A stretch of DNA of 64,000 nucleotides from an uncultured Burkholderiaceae bacterium (lineage in GTDB: Bacteria > Pseudomonadota > Gammaproteobacteria > Burkholderiales > Burkholderiaceae_B). Location: positions 44,261-108,260 of the forward strand of contig CAWUWI010000006.1 in assembly GCA_963926245.1 (NCBI GenBank). The letters are read 5' to 3'. The notes under the pieces were generated by a model. That model did not search any database. It was not told the DNA's origin and saw nothing but the letters and a program-made list of their open reading frames with translations. Both the position numbers and the translations under genes were made by a program. Below, piece by piece: positions 53,885 through 64,000 of the stretch (position 1 is the stretch's first letter; each line of letters starts with the position of its first letter).

Positions 53885-55093
53885 TTAGGCTGTTTTGATA
53901 ACGTCAGCGATGGCGCTGGCAACAACGTCAATGTTGCGGCTGTTTAGGGCCGCGACGCAAATGCGGCCACTTGAAACAGCATAAATACCGTATGTGTTTC
54001 TTAGCGCATCGACTTGGGTACTGTTGAGGCCTGAGTAAGAGAACATACCCTTTTGTTCGAGCACAAAAGAAAAATCAGTAGCCGAGCCATGTTTGTTGAT
54101 CTTGTCAACGAGAGCAGAGCGCATGAGCTTTATGCGGTCACGCATCTCAGTTAATTCGCCGTCCCACATGGCAAAAAGCTTTTCGTTGTTTAGCACTTCA
54201 GCAACAATGGCCGCGCCAAAAGTGGGTGGGTTAGAGTAGTTTGTGCGAATGACGCGTTTGACTTGACTGAGAACCCGTTTAGCCTCGTCAGCGCTGCCGG
54301 TGACCACGGTAAGTGCCCCGATCCGTTCGCCGTAAAGCGAGAATGACTTTGAAAACGAAGCGCTGATAAAACATGTTAGCCCCATTTCAACAAATAGACG
54401 AACGACCTGCCCATCTGCCTCCAAGCCGTCACCGAAGCCTTGATAGGCTATGTCTAAAAAGGGAACCAACGATTTGTCTTGAACCACTTGGGCAATTTGC
54501 TGCCACTGAGCGGGCGAGGGATCTGCACCGGTGGGGTTGTGGCAGCAGGCATGCAGAACCACGATGCTTTGCGGTGGCAGCGCACGCAAGCCAGCTATCA
54601 TGGCTTCAAAGTTAAGGCCGCGTGTTGTGGGGTCGTAATAAGGGTACTCGACTACTTCAAAACCGGCTCTTTCAAACAAGGCACGGTGATTTTCCCAGCT
54701 GGGATTGCTGATAGCCACTTTTGCTTTTGGTAGTAATTGCCTGAGGTAATCAGCACCAATTTTCAGAGCGCCCGTACCACCCACGGATTGCACTGTGAAG
54801 GCGCGTCCCGAAGCGATGGCCTCCGATGCCTTGCCCAAGACCAAGGCGCGCGCGCCATTGTTCAGTGTTTTCAAACCTTCAATGGGTAGGTAACTGTGCG
54901 CCGCAGCTGCTTGTATGCGCTCAATTTCAACCTCGTGCACACATCGCAAAAGGGGTACTTTACCCGCATCGTCGTAATAAACACCAACACCGAGATTGAC
55001 CTTATTGGTTCGCGTGTCCGCATTGTATTGTTCGTTAAGCCCGAGAATGGGGTCGCGGGGTGCTAGTTCGACGTTTGAAAATAGTGTGCTCAT
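53885..55093 (-). CDS. tyrB: aromatic-amino-acid / aspartate aminotransferase (class I, TyrB/AspC type)
   Basis: 402 aa. DPILGL, NLGVGVY.D..G, HACCHNPTG and the PLP-lysine motif SFSKSFSLYGER.G. Confidence 0.9.
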   Translation of the reverse strand: MSTLFSNVELAPRDPILGLNEQYNADTRTNKVNLGVGVYYDDAGKVPLLRCVHEVEIERIQAAAAHSYLPIEGLKTLNNGARALVLGKASEAIASGRAFTVQSVGGTGALKIGADYLRQLLPKAKVAISNPSWENHRALFERAGFEVVEYPYYDPTTRGLNFEAMIAGLRALPPQSIVVLHACCHNPTGADPSPAQWQQIAQVVQDKSLVPFLDIAYQGFGDGLEADGQVVRLFVEMGLTCFISASFSKSFSLYGERIGALTVVTGSADEAKRVLSQVKRVIRTNYSNPPTFGAAIVAEVLNNEKLFAMWDGELTEMRDRIKLMRSALVDKINKHGSATDFSFVLEQKGMFSYSGLNSTQVDALRNTYGIYAVSSGRICVAALNSRNIDVVASAIADVIKTA

Positions 55094-55228
55094 AGCCTGT
55101 GCAGAAGGTGAGATTAGTTAAGCGTGTAGGGTTAAAGCTAGACGTGAGGAGTGACAAGCTTGATAATGGAGAGCTGTTACCCACCACTGGTAACTTTATT
55201 TGGTAGTTCCCCTAGGATAAAGTCTAGC

Positions 55229-57256
55229 ATGTCGCAAGGTCAGTTTATAGAGTTTCCAGACAGCCCGTTTTCTCTTTTTCACCCCTACGCACCCGCCGGT
55301 GATCAGCCGGCTGCCATTGAAAAGCTCGCTCAAGGTGTGTCCGATGGATTGATGTACCAAACCCTTTTGGGTGTGACGGGGTCGGGTAAGACTTTCACGA
55401 TGGCCAATGTGATCGCACGAACGGGTCGCCCAGCGTTAGTGCTCGCGCCTAACAAAACCCTTGCCGCCCAGTTGTATGCCGAGATGCGCGAGTTTTTCCC
55501 GCGCAATGCGGTTGAATATTTTGTTTCCTACTACGACTATTACCAACCAGAGGCCTATGTGCCTTCGCGTGACCTGTTTATTGAAAAAGATTCGTCAATA
55601 AACGAGCATATTGAGCAAATGCGACTTTCTGCCACGAAAAGTCTGCTAGAGCGACGTGACACTATCATCGTTGGCACCGTTTCATGTATTTACGGCATTG
55701 GAAACCCTTCTGATTACCACGCCATGGTGTTGATTTTGCGCGTCGGCGATCGTTTGTCGCGTCGTGAAATGCTGGCTCGGTTGGTTGCGATGCAATACAC
55801 CAGAAATGACACGGATTTCACCCGCGGTGTGTTTCGTGCGCGAGGGGAAGTAATCGATGTCTACCCTGCAGAAAGTGCTGACTTAGCTGTTCGGATCACC
55901 ATGTTTGATGATGAGGTCGAATCCCTAGCGCTGTTTGATCCGCTGACAGGCAAGGTGCGTCAGGCGGTGCCGCGTTTCACGGTGTACCCCGGTTCACACT
56001 ATGTGACGCCCCGACAAACGGTTTTGCGCGCCATTGAGACAATCAAGGAGGAGCTACGAGACCGTCTCAAGCAATACGTTGATGGCGGGCAACTTGTGGA
56101 GGCTCAGCGACTAGAGCAACGAACCCGTTTTGATTTAGAGATGCTGGCTGAGCTTGGATTTTGCAAGGGCATTGAAAACTACTCTCGGCATTTGTCGGGT
56201 GCTGCACCTGGAGAGCCACCGCCAACGTTGATTGACTATTTGCCAGCCGATGCTTTGATGTTTATTGACGAGAGCCATGTCACGATCGGACAGCTTGGCG
56301 GCATGTATAAAGGTGACCGGTCGCGCAAAGAAACACTTGTGTTGTACGGCTTTAGATTGCCCTCGGCGCTTGATAACCGCCCATTGCAGATGGAAGAGTT
56401 TGAGCAGCGGATGCGGCAAACGGTTTTCGTGTCAGCGACCCCGGCAAAATATGAGGCTGAAAAGTCCGATCAAGTGGCCGAACAGGTCGTGCGTCCGACG
56501 GGACTGGTTGATCCAATTATCGAAGTGCGGCCCGCACGCACTCAAATTGATGACCTGCTAGACCAAGTCAAGCCGCGAATCGCCAAACAAGAACGGATTC
56601 TTGTTACCACGCTTACCAAGCGAATGGCGGAAGACCTAACGGACTTTTTAACTGAGCAGGGACTCAAGGTTCGCTACCTGCACTCGGATATTGACACTGT
56701 CGAGCGGGTTGAGATTATCCGAGACTTGCGCCTGGGTACTTTTGATATTCTGGTTGGAATCAACTTACTGCGAGAAGGGCTCGACATCCCTGAAGTTTCA
56801 CTGGTGGCGATTCTTGATGCCGATAAAGAGGGGTTTTTGCGTTCTGAGCGTAGCTTGATTCAAACCATTGGGCGGGCTGCGAGGAACTTAGCAGGCTATG
56901 CCATTTTGTATGGTGACCGAATTACCGATTCCATGCAGCGGGCAATCAATGAGACGGACCGCCGACGGGCCAAGCAGTTGGCTTTTAATAAGACTCATGG
57001 CATTGAGGCAAAAAGTATTAAAAAGGCTGTCAAAGAGATGATCGATGGCGTGCTGCAAGCAGTGCCAGAAGAGACGGCCGATGGATTGTTGACAGAACCG
57101 GTTCGTCTAGACGACGAGAAATCAGTGGCCAAAGCACTCAGGTCGCTGGAAAAGAAAATGCTCGATCATGCGCGAAATTTGGAGTTCGAGCAGGCAGCAG
57201 CCACACGTGATGCTCTTAATTCGTTAAAAACCCGTGTATTGCAATCGGGGCTGTAG
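55229..57256 (+). CDS. uvrB: excinuclease ABC subunit B
   Basis: ATG at 55229 ([14 protein letters not shown]...Y.P.GDQP.AI..L). Walker A GVTGSGKT, the beta-hairpin region and a C-terminal UVR domain (LEFE.AA..RD). The track's start at 55151 is an extension. Confidence 0.95.
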   Translation: MSQGQFIEFPDSPFSLFHPYAPAGDQPAAIEKLAQGVSDGLMYQTLLGVTGSGKTFTMANVIARTGRPALVLAPNKTLAAQLYAEMREFFPRNAVEYFVSYYDYYQPEAYVPSRDLFIEKDSSINEHIEQMRLSATKSLLERRDTIIVGTVSCIYGIGNPSDYHAMVLILRVGDRLSRREMLARLVAMQYTRNDTDFTRGVFRARGEVIDVYPAESADLAVRITMFDDEVESLALFDPLTGKVRQAVPRFTVYPGSHYVTPRQTVLRAIETIKEELRDRLKQYVDGGQLVEAQRLEQRTRFDLEMLAELGFCKGIENYSRHLSGAAPGEPPPTLIDYLPADALMFIDESHVTIGQLGGMYKGDRSRKETLVLYGFRLPSALDNRPLQMEEFEQRMRQTVFVSATPAKYEAEKSDQVAEQVVRPTGLVDPIIEVRPARTQIDDLLDQVKPRIAKQERILVTTLTKRMAEDLTDFLTEQGLKVRYLHSDIDTVERVEIIRDLRLGTFDILVGINLLREGLDIPEVSLVAILDADKEGFLRSERSLIQTIGRAARNLAGYAILYGDRITDSMQRAINETDRRRAKQLAFNKTHGIEAKSIKKAVKEMIDGVLQAVPEETADGLLTEPVRLDDEKSVAKALRSLEKKMLDHARNLEFEQAAATRDALNSLKTRVLQSGL

Positions 57257-57440
57257 TTGCCCCTAGATAACAACAGGGTTAGTTGCTAAAACACCTGTGA
57301 GCTGTAACTATTAAATTTTTAATAAAATCTTATAAACCATTAAATCTATTGAAAAAAGTTGCATTTTATGATCTGTCATGCATTTACAACTTTTTAAAAA
57401 ATCTCTAGACAATTTACGGGTTATCCCTCAAAATTTAATC

Positions 57441-57932
57441 ATGATGACAAAAGTACTTTTCGTATGCATGGGTAATATCTGCCGTTCGCCAAGTGCGGAG
57501 GGTGTATTTCGCCATTTGCTTAATGAGGCGGGTCTAGCAGACGTCGTTGGAACGGATTCTGCAGGTACCCATGGATTTCACATTGGTGAGGCACCAGATG
57601 CGAGGGCACTAACAGCTGCAAGTAAACGCGGCTACGCCATCGCAGAGAGGACGGCACGACAAGTGGATGCGACTGATTTCCAAGATTTTGACTTAATCTT
57701 GGCAATGGATTGGGAAAACTTGTCTGCATTGCAGCAGCAATGCCCCAAGATCCACCACCACAAACTGATGCTATTGATGCGTTTTGCCAATGAGTATGAG
57801 GAGGCCACTGTTCCGGATCCTTATTACGGGGGTCCCGACGGCTTTAGCAAGGTTATGGATTACATTGAAGATTCCTGCCAAGGTGTGCTCGAACTGGTTC
57901 GAAAGCGCGCAACGCAGTACCAGGCTGCTTAG
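57441..57932 (+). CDS. low-molecular-weight protein-tyrosine phosphatase
   Basis: ATG at 57441. The C-X5-R P-loop VCMGNICRSP lies near the N-terminus, with a DP general-acid motif near the C-terminus. Confidence 0.9.
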   Translation: MMTKVLFVCMGNICRSPSAEGVFRHLLNEAGLADVVGTDSAGTHGFHIGEAPDARALTAASKRGYAIAERTARQVDATDFQDFDLILAMDWENLSALQQQCPKIHHHKLMLLMRFANEYEEATVPDPYYGGPDGFSKVMDYIEDSCQGVLELVRKRATQYQAA

Positions 57933-57978
57933 CGCTTAACATCACGGGATTGGCCTTAACAAACCAAGTAACCACCAC

Positions 57979-58007
57979 AAAAAAACCGCGCTTGCGCGGT
58001 TTTTTTT
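57979..58007 (+). terminator. intrinsic terminator after the LMW-PTP gene
   Basis: AAAAAAA-CCGCG-CTTG-CGCGG-TTTTTTTT, symmetric so potentially bidirectional. Confidence 0.7.
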
Positions 58008-58031
58008 GCATCATTGATGAAAAAATAGGTG

Positions 58032-58057
58032 ATTACCCGAGTATATTGGTCGGAAAT
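58032..58057 (+). promoter_or_regulatory. IscR type-1-like binding site (distal)
   Basis: ATTACCCGAGTATATTGGTCGGAAAT resembles the type-1 motif ATASYYGACTRWWWYAGTCRRSTAT as I recall it from E. coli PiscR. Confidence 0.45.
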
Positions 58058-58062
58058 GATCT

Positions 58063-58087
58063 ATACTTGAGTTGTTTAGTCGGGTTA
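58063..58087 (+). promoter_or_regulatory. IscR type-1-like binding site (proximal)
   Basis: ATACTTGAGTTGTTTAGTCGGGTTA matches ATA-SYY-GA(C>G)T...AGTC-RRS half-sites, 120 nt upstream of the iscR ATG. Confidence 0.5.
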
Positions 58088-58206
58088 GTTGGATTAAATC
58101 AGTCTGGTTCGGCAAGTGCGCAAGTCAAGTAAAAGCAAGTCAATGGATGTGTTCAAAACCTTGGTTGCTTTCTTTTCTATCAATTTTTAAATAGAGGGAC
58201 TAAAAC

Positions 58207-58740
58207 ATGCGGCTCACCACAAAAGGACGATTTGCTGTTACTGCAATGATCGATTTGGCGCTTCGCCAGCACAGCGGCCCGGTCACCTTATCAGCAATCA
58301 GTCAAAGACAAAGTATCTCGCTCTCTTACTTAGAGCAGCTATACGGCAAATTACGCCGCCACGAACTCGTTGACAGCGTTCGAGGCCCGGGCGGTGGTTA
58401 CACGCTGGCTCGCTTGGCCCGCAACATCACGGTCGCAGACATCATTTTTGCAGTTGACGAGCCAATTGATGCCACCAATTGTGGTGGTAAGACAGATTGC
58501 TCGAGTGTCGATGGCCGCCCAAGTGCCTGTATGACACACGAGCTTTGGGCTGCATTGAATCGTACGATGGTCGATTTTTTGGATTCGGTTTCGTTGCAAG
58601 ACTTGGTTGACCAACAGCGTATGCGTCAGTTGCAAGACAACGGACAGTCGCGCACCGAAACATCCGTGCGGTTTCCAACCAGTATTGATACAGCAGCCAA
58701 TCCGTTTGCACGCAAGGCCGGCGAATCAGTAACGATTTGA
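58207..58740 (+). CDS. iscR: Fe-S cluster assembly transcriptional regulator IscR (Rrf2 family)
   Basis: 177 aa. [18 protein letters not shown], an Rrf2 wHTH, and cluster-ligand cysteines (C..C.....C region). Confidence 0.9.
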   Translation: MRLTTKGRFAVTAMIDLALRQHSGPVTLSAISQRQSISLSYLEQLYGKLRRHELVDSVRGPGGGYTLARLARNITVADIIFAVDEPIDATNCGGKTDCSSVDGRPSACMTHELWAALNRTMVDFLDSVSLQDLVDQQRMRQLQDNGQSRTETSVRFPTSIDTAANPFARKAGESVTI

Positions 58741-58777
58741 TTCGCTGTTTGAAACACAAGATTCAGGAGTAGAAGTT

Positions 58778-59989
58778 ATGGCTGTTCATCCCGTTTATTT
58801 GGACTATTCCTCTACCACGCCAGTTGACCCACGTGTGGTCGACAAGATGGTGCCTTGGCTTTACGAGAACTACGGTAACCCCGCTTCCCGCAGCCACTCT
58901 TTTGGTTGGGCAGCGGAAGAAGCCGTTGAGCAGGCTCGCGCCGATGTGGCTTCGCTAGTGAATGCGGACCCTCGTGAAATTGTTTGGACTTCTGGTGCAA
59001 CGGAGTCCAACAACCTGGCCATCAAAGGGGCAGCACATTTTTATGCTGAACGCGGCAAACATGTGATTACGGTTAAAACCGAACACAAAGCCGTTTTGGA
59101 TCCATGCCGCGAACTCGAACGCGAAGGCTATGAGGTCACTTACCTTGATGTGATGGAAAACGGCCTTGTTGATCTAGAAGCACTCAAATCGGCAACGCGT
59201 CCAGATACCGTTTTGATCTCAATTATGTTTGTCAACAACGAAATCGGTGTGATTCAAGATGTTGAAGCCATCGGTGAGATGTGTCGTGAGAAAGGGATCA
59301 TTTTTCATGTAGACGCGGCCCAAGCCACAGGAAAGGTTGACATTGATTTACAGCATCTGAAAGTTGATTTGATGTCTTTCTGTGCGCACAAGACCTACGG
59401 CCCTAAGGGCATCGGTGCCCTTTACATTCGACGCAAGCCCCGAATTCGCATTGAGTCACAAATGCATGGCGGCGGTCACGAGCGTGGTTTCCGCTCGGGT
59501 ACGTTGGCTACTCACCAGATTATCGGCATGGGTGAATCGTTTCGATTGGCAAAACTAGAAATGGCCACTGAAAATGAGCGTATTCGTATGTTGCGTGACC
59601 GTCTGTGGCAAGGTGCTCAAGAAATTGAGGAAGTGTATTTGAACGGTGACTTTGAAAGTCGGGTGCCACACAACCTAAACATTAGTTTCAACTACGTTGA
59701 GGGTGAGTCACTTATCATGGCGCTCAAAGAGCTGGCTGTCTCGAGCGGTTCGGCTTGTACGTCTGCAAGTCTTGAGCCTTCTTATGTCTTGCGAGCGCTG
59801 GGGCGTAACGATGAGTTGGCGCACAGCTCGATACGATTCACCTTGGGCCGCTTTACGACCGAAGCAGACATTGATTTTGCAGTTGGTTTGTTAAAGCAGC
59901 GAGTTGAAAAACTTCGTGACATGTCGCCGCTGTGGGAAATGGCCAAAGACGGCATTGATCTCGAATCTGTCCAATGGGCTGCCCACTAA
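58778..59989 (+). CDS. iscS: cysteine desulfurase IscS
   Basis: 403 aa. PLP lysine ([12 protein letters not shown]) and the catalytic loop [19 protein letters not shown]. Confidence 0.95.
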   Translation: MAVHPVYLDYSSTTPVDPRVVDKMVPWLYENYGNPASRSHSFGWAAEEAVEQARADVASLVNADPREIVWTSGATESNNLAIKGAAHFYAERGKHVITVKTEHKAVLDPCRELEREGYEVTYLDVMENGLVDLEALKSATRPDTVLISIMFVNNEIGVIQDVEAIGEMCREKGIIFHVDAAQATGKVDIDLQHLKVDLMSFCAHKTYGPKGIGALYIRRKPRIRIESQMHGGGHERGFRSGTLATHQIIGMGESFRLAKLEMATENERIRMLRDRLWQGAQEIEEVYLNGDFESRVPHNLNISFNYVEGESLIMALKELAVSSGSACTSASLEPSYVLRALGRNDELAHSSIRFTLGRFTTEADIDFAVGLLKQRVEKLRDMSPLWEMAKDGIDLESVQWAAH

Positions 59990-60026
59990 CGCATTGAAAT
60001 GCAGTTATCTGAAGGAGGAATACATC

Positions 60027-60410
60027 ATGGCTTACAGTGAGAAAGTGCTAGACCACTACGAAAATCCCCGCAACGTGGGTTCGTTTGAGAAGGGTGACGA
60101 TCATGTCGGCACAGGGATGGTTGGTGCACCTGCCTGTGGTGATGTCATGAAGCTACAGATTCGTGTTAATGACAGCGGCATTATTGAAGACGCACGATTT
60201 AAGACCTACGGTTGTGGTTCAGCCATCGCTTCAAGCTCTTTGGTGACTGAGTGGGTCAAAGGAAAGACCCTGGATGAGGCGATGACTATTCGCAACACCC
60301 AGATCGCCAAAGAGTTGGCCTTACCGCCAGTCAAGATACACTGTTCGATTCTTGCCGAAGATGCCATTAAGGCGGCGGTCAAGGATTACAAGGACAAGCA
60401 CGGTAGTTGA
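60027..60410 (+). CDS. iscU: Fe-S cluster scaffold IscU
   Basis: ATG at 60027 after [35 protein letters not shown], and the LPPVKIHCS motif. Confidence 0.95.
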   Translation: MAYSEKVLDHYENPRNVGSFEKGDDHVGTGMVGAPACGDVMKLQIRVNDSGIIEDARFKTYGCGSAIASSSLVTEWVKGKTLDEAMTIRNTQIAKELALPPVKIHCSILAEDAIKAAVKDYKDKHGS

Positions 60411-60426
60411 ACGGGAGTCAGACATC

Positions 60427-60750
60427 ATGGGTGTAACACTTACAACACAAGCAGCAGACCACATTGAAAAATATCTCGAAAAGAGAGGTAAGGGTGTGGG
60501 TCTGCGCCTTGGTGTTCGAACCACAGGCTGCTCAGGTATGGCCTACAAGTTGGAATACGTTGATGATCCATTGTCAGAGGATCAAGTCTTTGAGAGTTAC
60601 GGCGTCAAGGTCTTCATTGACCCCAAGAGCCTGGTTTATCTTGAGGGCACCCAGCTCGATTACGCACGCGAAGGTTTGAATGAAGGGTTTAAGTTCAGTA
60701 ACCCCAACGAGAAAGCCACGTGCGGTTGCGGCGAATCGTTTACGGTTTGA
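60427..60750 (+). CDS. iscA: Fe-S cluster insertion protein IscA (A-type carrier)
   Basis: ATG at 60427, 107 aa. GCSGMAY and a C-terminal CGCGESF. Confidence 0.93.
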   Translation: MGVTLTTQAADHIEKYLEKRGKGVGLRLGVRTTGCSGMAYKLEYVDDPLSEDQVFESYGVKVFIDPKSLVYLEGTQLDYAREGLNEGFKFSNPNEKATCGCGESFTV

Positions 60751-60754
60751 CGAT

Positions 60755-61282
60755 TTGACGCAAGCCAACTTTTTTGAGCTATTTGGCTTGACCCCGAGCT
60801 TTTCCATTGACGCATCATTTTTAGATGCTCAGTGGAAGGTACGGGTTGCTCAGGTCCATCCTGATCGGTTTGTCAATGCCAGCGCACCCGAAAAGCGGGT
60901 GGCCATGCAGTGGAGCACTCAGTTAAATGAGGCTCACCGCGTGTTGCGCGATCCCTTGGAACGCGCCAAATATTTGTGTAAGCTTGCCGCCCAAGATGTT
61001 AGTGAGAATGCCTCAAACACACTTGGTATGGTTTTTTTGAGCCAACAAATGGAATGGCGCGAGGAACTCGAAAACCTAGAAGCCGCTAATGATGGTAACG
61101 GACTTGTTGAATTACTGACGCAAGTCCAGTCCGATCGCGATAAGTGCCAAACTCATACCAGTCAACTGATTGAACAACAACTTTGGCCTGAGGCTGTGAA
61201 GAGCTTGAACGAGTGGATGTTCATTGAGAAATTTTTAAAAGAAGTGCAGGCAGTCAAACGCGCGCAAGCAGCAACGGAATAA
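60755..61282 (+). CDS. hscB: co-chaperone HscB (J-domain)
   Basis: J-domain NFFELFGL....D...L......L....HPDRF. After the iscA stop the only plausible start is the in-frame TTG at 60755, giving 175 aa. The track's ATG at 60680 would overlap iscA by 71 nt. Confidence 0.85.
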   Translation: MTQANFFELFGLTPSFSIDASFLDAQWKVRVAQVHPDRFVNASAPEKRVAMQWSTQLNEAHRVLRDPLERAKYLCKLAAQDVSENASNTLGMVFLSQQMEWREELENLEAANDGNGLVELLTQVQSDRDKCQTHTSQLIEQQLWPEAVKSLNEWMFIEKFLKEVQAVKRAQAATE

Positions 61283-61287
61283 ACCAC

Positions 61288-63147
61288 ATGGCATTGCTTC
61301 AGATCTCAGAGCCGGACGCAAGTCCCATTCCCCATCAACGCAAGGTTGCGGTTGGCATCGATTTGGGGACGACTCACTCGCTCGTCGCCGCCGTGCGTCA
61401 TAGCGTGGCCGAGGTATTGCCTGACGCGCAAGGACGTGCGTTGGTGCCTTCAGCCGTTTACTACAGATCGGCTGATGAAGTAGTGGTTGGACACGATGCG
61501 CTCGCCTTGCAGGAATCCAAGCCGCTAGACACTTTGGTGTCGATCAAACGACTAATGGGAAAGTCTCGCGCTGAGGCTTTGAGCACAGGCATGCCCTACC
61601 ATTTTGAAGACATGGGCAACAGCGTGGCCATTGCCACAGAAAACGCGGTAGTGACGCCCGTCAAAGTCGCGGCACAAATTTTATTATCCCTGCGCAAAAG
61701 AGCACAAGAAACGCTCGGCGATGACTTGGTTGGGGCTGTCATTACCGTACCGGCTTACTTCGATGATGCCCAGCGACAAGCCACACGGGATGCGGCTCGT
61801 TTGGCAGGATTGAATGTGTTGCGTTTGCTCAACGAACCGACAGCGGCTGCCATCGCTTACGGCTTGGACAATTCCTCTGAGGGTGTCTACGCGGTTTATG
61901 ATCTTGGTGGTGGCACTTTTGACTTATCGCTGTTGCGTCTGACCCAGGGGGTTTTTGAGGTCATCGCAACGGGCGGTGACACCGCACTCGGTGGCGATGA
62001 TTTCGATACAGTTATCGTACAAACGATTTGTCAGCAAGCCGGCCTTGATTTTTCCGAGCAACCACAAGCGCAAAGACACTTATTAATGGCGGCACGTCGC
62101 CTGCGCGAGCAGCTTTCCTCGGTCGATCAGGCCAGCGTCCAGACAGGTCTTGATGGCGCACTTGCCAGCATGACCATGACGCGCGCCGAGTTTGAAACAT
62201 TAGCGACGCCTTTGATTAAGCGTAGTTTGTCCTGCTCGCAGCGTGCCCTTGATGATGCAGCGCTGTCGCTAGCTGAGGTGCAAGGCGTTGTGATGGTAGG
62301 TGGCGCCACGCGCATGCCAGTTGTGCAGCAGATGGTTAAGATTTTTTTTGGGCGTGAACCACTGGTCAATCTTAATCCTGACGAGGTAGTCGCAATTGGT
62401 GCGGCACTGCAAGCCAACTTGTTGGCCGGTAACCGGCATCCCGGCGAAGACTGGCTACTACTTGATGTCACGCCACTATCGCTGGGTTTGGAGACGATGG
62501 GTGGTTTGGTTGAGACCATTATTCCTCGTAACAGCACGATCCCTGTGGCTCGTGGTCAAGAGTTCACCACGTATCGTGATGGTCAAACGGCTTTGGCTGT
62601 CCATGTGGTTCAAGGCGAACGCGATCTTGTGACCGAGTGCCGTTCATTGGCACGCTTTGAGTTGCGTGGCATTCCCCCCATGGTGGCTGGTGCCGCACGC
62701 ATTCGCGTGACGTTCCAAGTTGATGCTGACGGGCTTTTGAATGTCAGTGCGCAAGAACAAACCAGTGGGACGCAGGCTGAAGTAACGGTAAAACCATCGC
62801 ACGGTTTAACCGATGAGCAGGTCGCCAAAATGTTGCAAGAAAGCGTGGCAGGGGCCGATAACGACGCCAAGCTCAGAATGTTGCGCGAAGAGCAAGTGCA
62901 AGCCACGCAGTTGTTAGAGTCGGTCACAGCCGCATTGGCGCAGGACTCTAACCTTTTGAATGCTGATGAGTTGTCGCAAATTGAGATGCAGATGGCAAAT
63001 ATGCGAGCACAGCTTGAGACAGAATCGGTAGATGCCATTCGCGCGGCCGTCAAATCCCTGTCCGCATGTACGGATGACTTTGCCGCACGACGAATGGACC
63101 GAAGTATTCGTCAAGCACTCACTGGACGCAGCCTTAACGAAATCTAA
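61288..63147 (+). CDS. hscA: Fe-S protein assembly chaperone HscA (Hsp70 family)
   Basis: 619 aa. [16 protein letters not shown] and the Hsp70 substrate-binding domain. Confidence 0.95.
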   Translation: MALLQISEPDASPIPHQRKVAVGIDLGTTHSLVAAVRHSVAEVLPDAQGRALVPSAVYYRSADEVVVGHDALALQESKPLDTLVSIKRLMGKSRAEALSTGMPYHFEDMGNSVAIATENAVVTPVKVAAQILLSLRKRAQETLGDDLVGAVITVPAYFDDAQRQATRDAARLAGLNVLRLLNEPTAAAIAYGLDNSSEGVYAVYDLGGGTFDLSLLRLTQGVFEVIATGGDTALGGDDFDTVIVQTICQQAGLDFSEQPQAQRHLLMAARRLREQLSSVDQASVQTGLDGALASMTMTRAEFETLATPLIKRSLSCSQRALDDAALSLAEVQGVVMVGGATRMPVVQQMVKIFFGREPLVNLNPDEVVAIGAALQANLLAGNRHPGEDWLLLDVTPLSLGLETMGGLVETIIPRNSTIPVARGQEFTTYRDGQTALAVHVVQGERDLVTECRSLARFELRGIPPMVAGAARIRVTFQVDADGLLNVSAQEQTSGTQAEVTVKPSHGLTDEQVAKMLQESVAGADNDAKLRMLREEQVQATQLLESVTAALAQDSNLLNADELSQIEMQMANMRAQLETESVDAIRAAVKSLSACTDDFAARRMDRSIRQALTGRSLNEI

Positions 63148-63178
63148 CGCTATTTTTGAATGTCGATACCAATCCACT

Positions 63179-63520
63179 ATGCCTAAATTAACCGTATTAC
63201 CGCACCCCGACCTTTGTCCTGAGGGTAAAGTTATCGAGAACGTTGCCAGTGGCGAGTCCATTTGTCGCATCTTGCTTGATCACAACATTGAAATAGAACA
63301 CGCTTGTGAGCTTTCATGTGCTTGCACCACTTGTCATGTGATCATGCGCGATGGTTTTGAGACGCTGTCAGAGGCAACCGACGATGAAGAAGACTTGTTA
63401 GACCGTGCTTGGGGCTTAACGCCCACTTCGCGCCTGTCTTGCCAAGCCAAGGTCGCTGACGCCGACCTCACGATCGAAATTCCGCGCTACACCATCAATC
63501 ACGCTCGCGAACACCACTGA
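63179..63520 (+). CDS. fdx: ISC-system [2Fe-2S] ferredoxin
   Basis: ATG at 63179, 113 aa. MPKLTVLPH...C.....C..C cluster motif (CACTTCH) and LSCQ. Confidence 0.92.
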   Translation: MPKLTVLPHPDLCPEGKVIENVASGESICRILLDHNIEIEHACELSCACTTCHVIMRDGFETLSEATDDEEDLLDRAWGLTPTSRLSCQAKVADADLTIEIPRYTINHAREHH

Positions 63521-63647
63521 CCCCGTTGGTGGTTAACCATTAGCCCCGATTACCCTTTACACTGCATTTTTTAAGTGCCGACAATTGGCGTGATTCCTCA
63601 CCCGTTGGCACCGGTCATACAGTTCGGACAAACAACAGGGGCGTTTA

Positions 63648-64000
63648 ATGAGAAAAAATACGGTCAAAGCGCGTTTGGCTGCGGGCGAGTCAATCATCAA
63701 TGGCTGGCTAGCCATACCCTCATCGTTTTCTGCCGAAGTCGTTGGCATGTCAGGTTTTGACAGCGTTACGGTGGACCTGCAGCATGGCATGATCGGTTTT
63801 GATGCGGCCCTGCCTATGTTGCAGGCGCTTTCTGCCACCCCAGCCATCCCGATTGCCAGGGTACCGGGCAATGATGGTCCACAAATCATGCGCCTGCTTG
63901 ATGCTGGTGCTTACGGCATCATTTGCCCCATGATTTCAACGCCAGATGATGCCCGCCGGTTTGTCAGTGCTTGTCGTTACCCACCGATTGGTGATCGTTC
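63648..64000 (+). CDS. HpcH/HpaI-family aldolase, N-terminal part (3' end off-window)
   Basis: My own translation from the ATG at 63648, open to the window end: MRKNTVKARLAAGESIINGWLAIPSSFSAEVVGMSGFDSVTVDLQHG...PIARVPGNDGPQIMRLLDAGAYGIICPMISTPDDA. This is the typical N-terminal pattern of HpaI/HpcH aldolases. It is absent from the ORF track because it has no stop. Confidence 0.75.
   Translation, partial: MRKNTVKARLAAGESIINGWLAIPSSFSAEVVGMSGFDSVTVDLQHGMIGFDAALPMLQALSATPAIPIARVPGNDGPQIMRLLDAGAYGIICPMISTPDDARRFVSACRYPPIGDR

Noticed and set aside
55174-55189. SOS-box-like CTGTTACCCACCACTG upstream of uvrB
   Set aside because: The right half-site is ACTG rather than ACAG and the sequence lacks the palindromic AT-rich core. 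It cannot be called an operator from sequence alone.
63557-63889. 110-aa minus-strand ORF and 61-aa plus-strand ORF (63575..63760) after fdx, considered as possible iscX
   Set aside because: Neither resembles IscX. The region is better explained by a plus-strand HpcH/HpaI aldolase gene starting at 63648 and running off the window.

Overview
This 64-kb window reads as core chromosome of a Gram-negative bacterium. The taxon call, a betaproteobacterium of Burkholderiales type, is inferred from gene content and order (hupB-tRNA-Val, dapC-dapD-dapE, exbBD-lpxK-kdsB-adk, iscRSUA-hscBA-fdx with an upstream LMW-PTP, DUF3579). Spot counts put core GC at roughly 50%. About 60 protein genes, nearly all housekeeping, are packed into long operons that often share stop/start nucleotides. 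They cover arginine synthesis (argD-argF, argG), LPS and envelope (murJ, kdsB, lpxK, exbBD, lspA), lysine/DAP (dapCDE), proteostasis (clpS-clpA; tig-clpP-clpX-lon-hslR), DNA repair and SOS (xseA, uvrD, lexA, uvrB), Fe-S assembly (isc operon) and translation (rpsT, ileS, rsmB, prmB, an ABC-F protein). There are two tRNAs, Val-TAC and Leu-TAG. I found no CRISPR array, transposase, integrase, phage module, toxin-antitoxin pair or recognisable defence system, and I cannot support a claim of a novel multi-gene system here. The only clearly accessory segment is a 3.5-kb islet with no integrase, inserted at the 3' end of tRNA-Val. It is bounded by an exact 19-nt direct repeat and carries a GC-rich pair of lactonase-type hydrolases plus a CinA/PncC-like gene. 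Smaller observations are:
- a perfect palindrome built from DnaA-box sequences upstream of exbB
- a perfect SOS box on lexA
- IscR-type boxes
- a sigma32-like promoter before lon
- several unusually long perfect hairpins
- unusual translational couplings (desaturase-uvrD, SDR-murJ)

All protein calls rest on motif and family recognition by eye from the supplied translations. No database search was run, so product names are family-level. Many start codons were moved downstream from the ORF-track maximum to the start that aligns with the family N-terminus.
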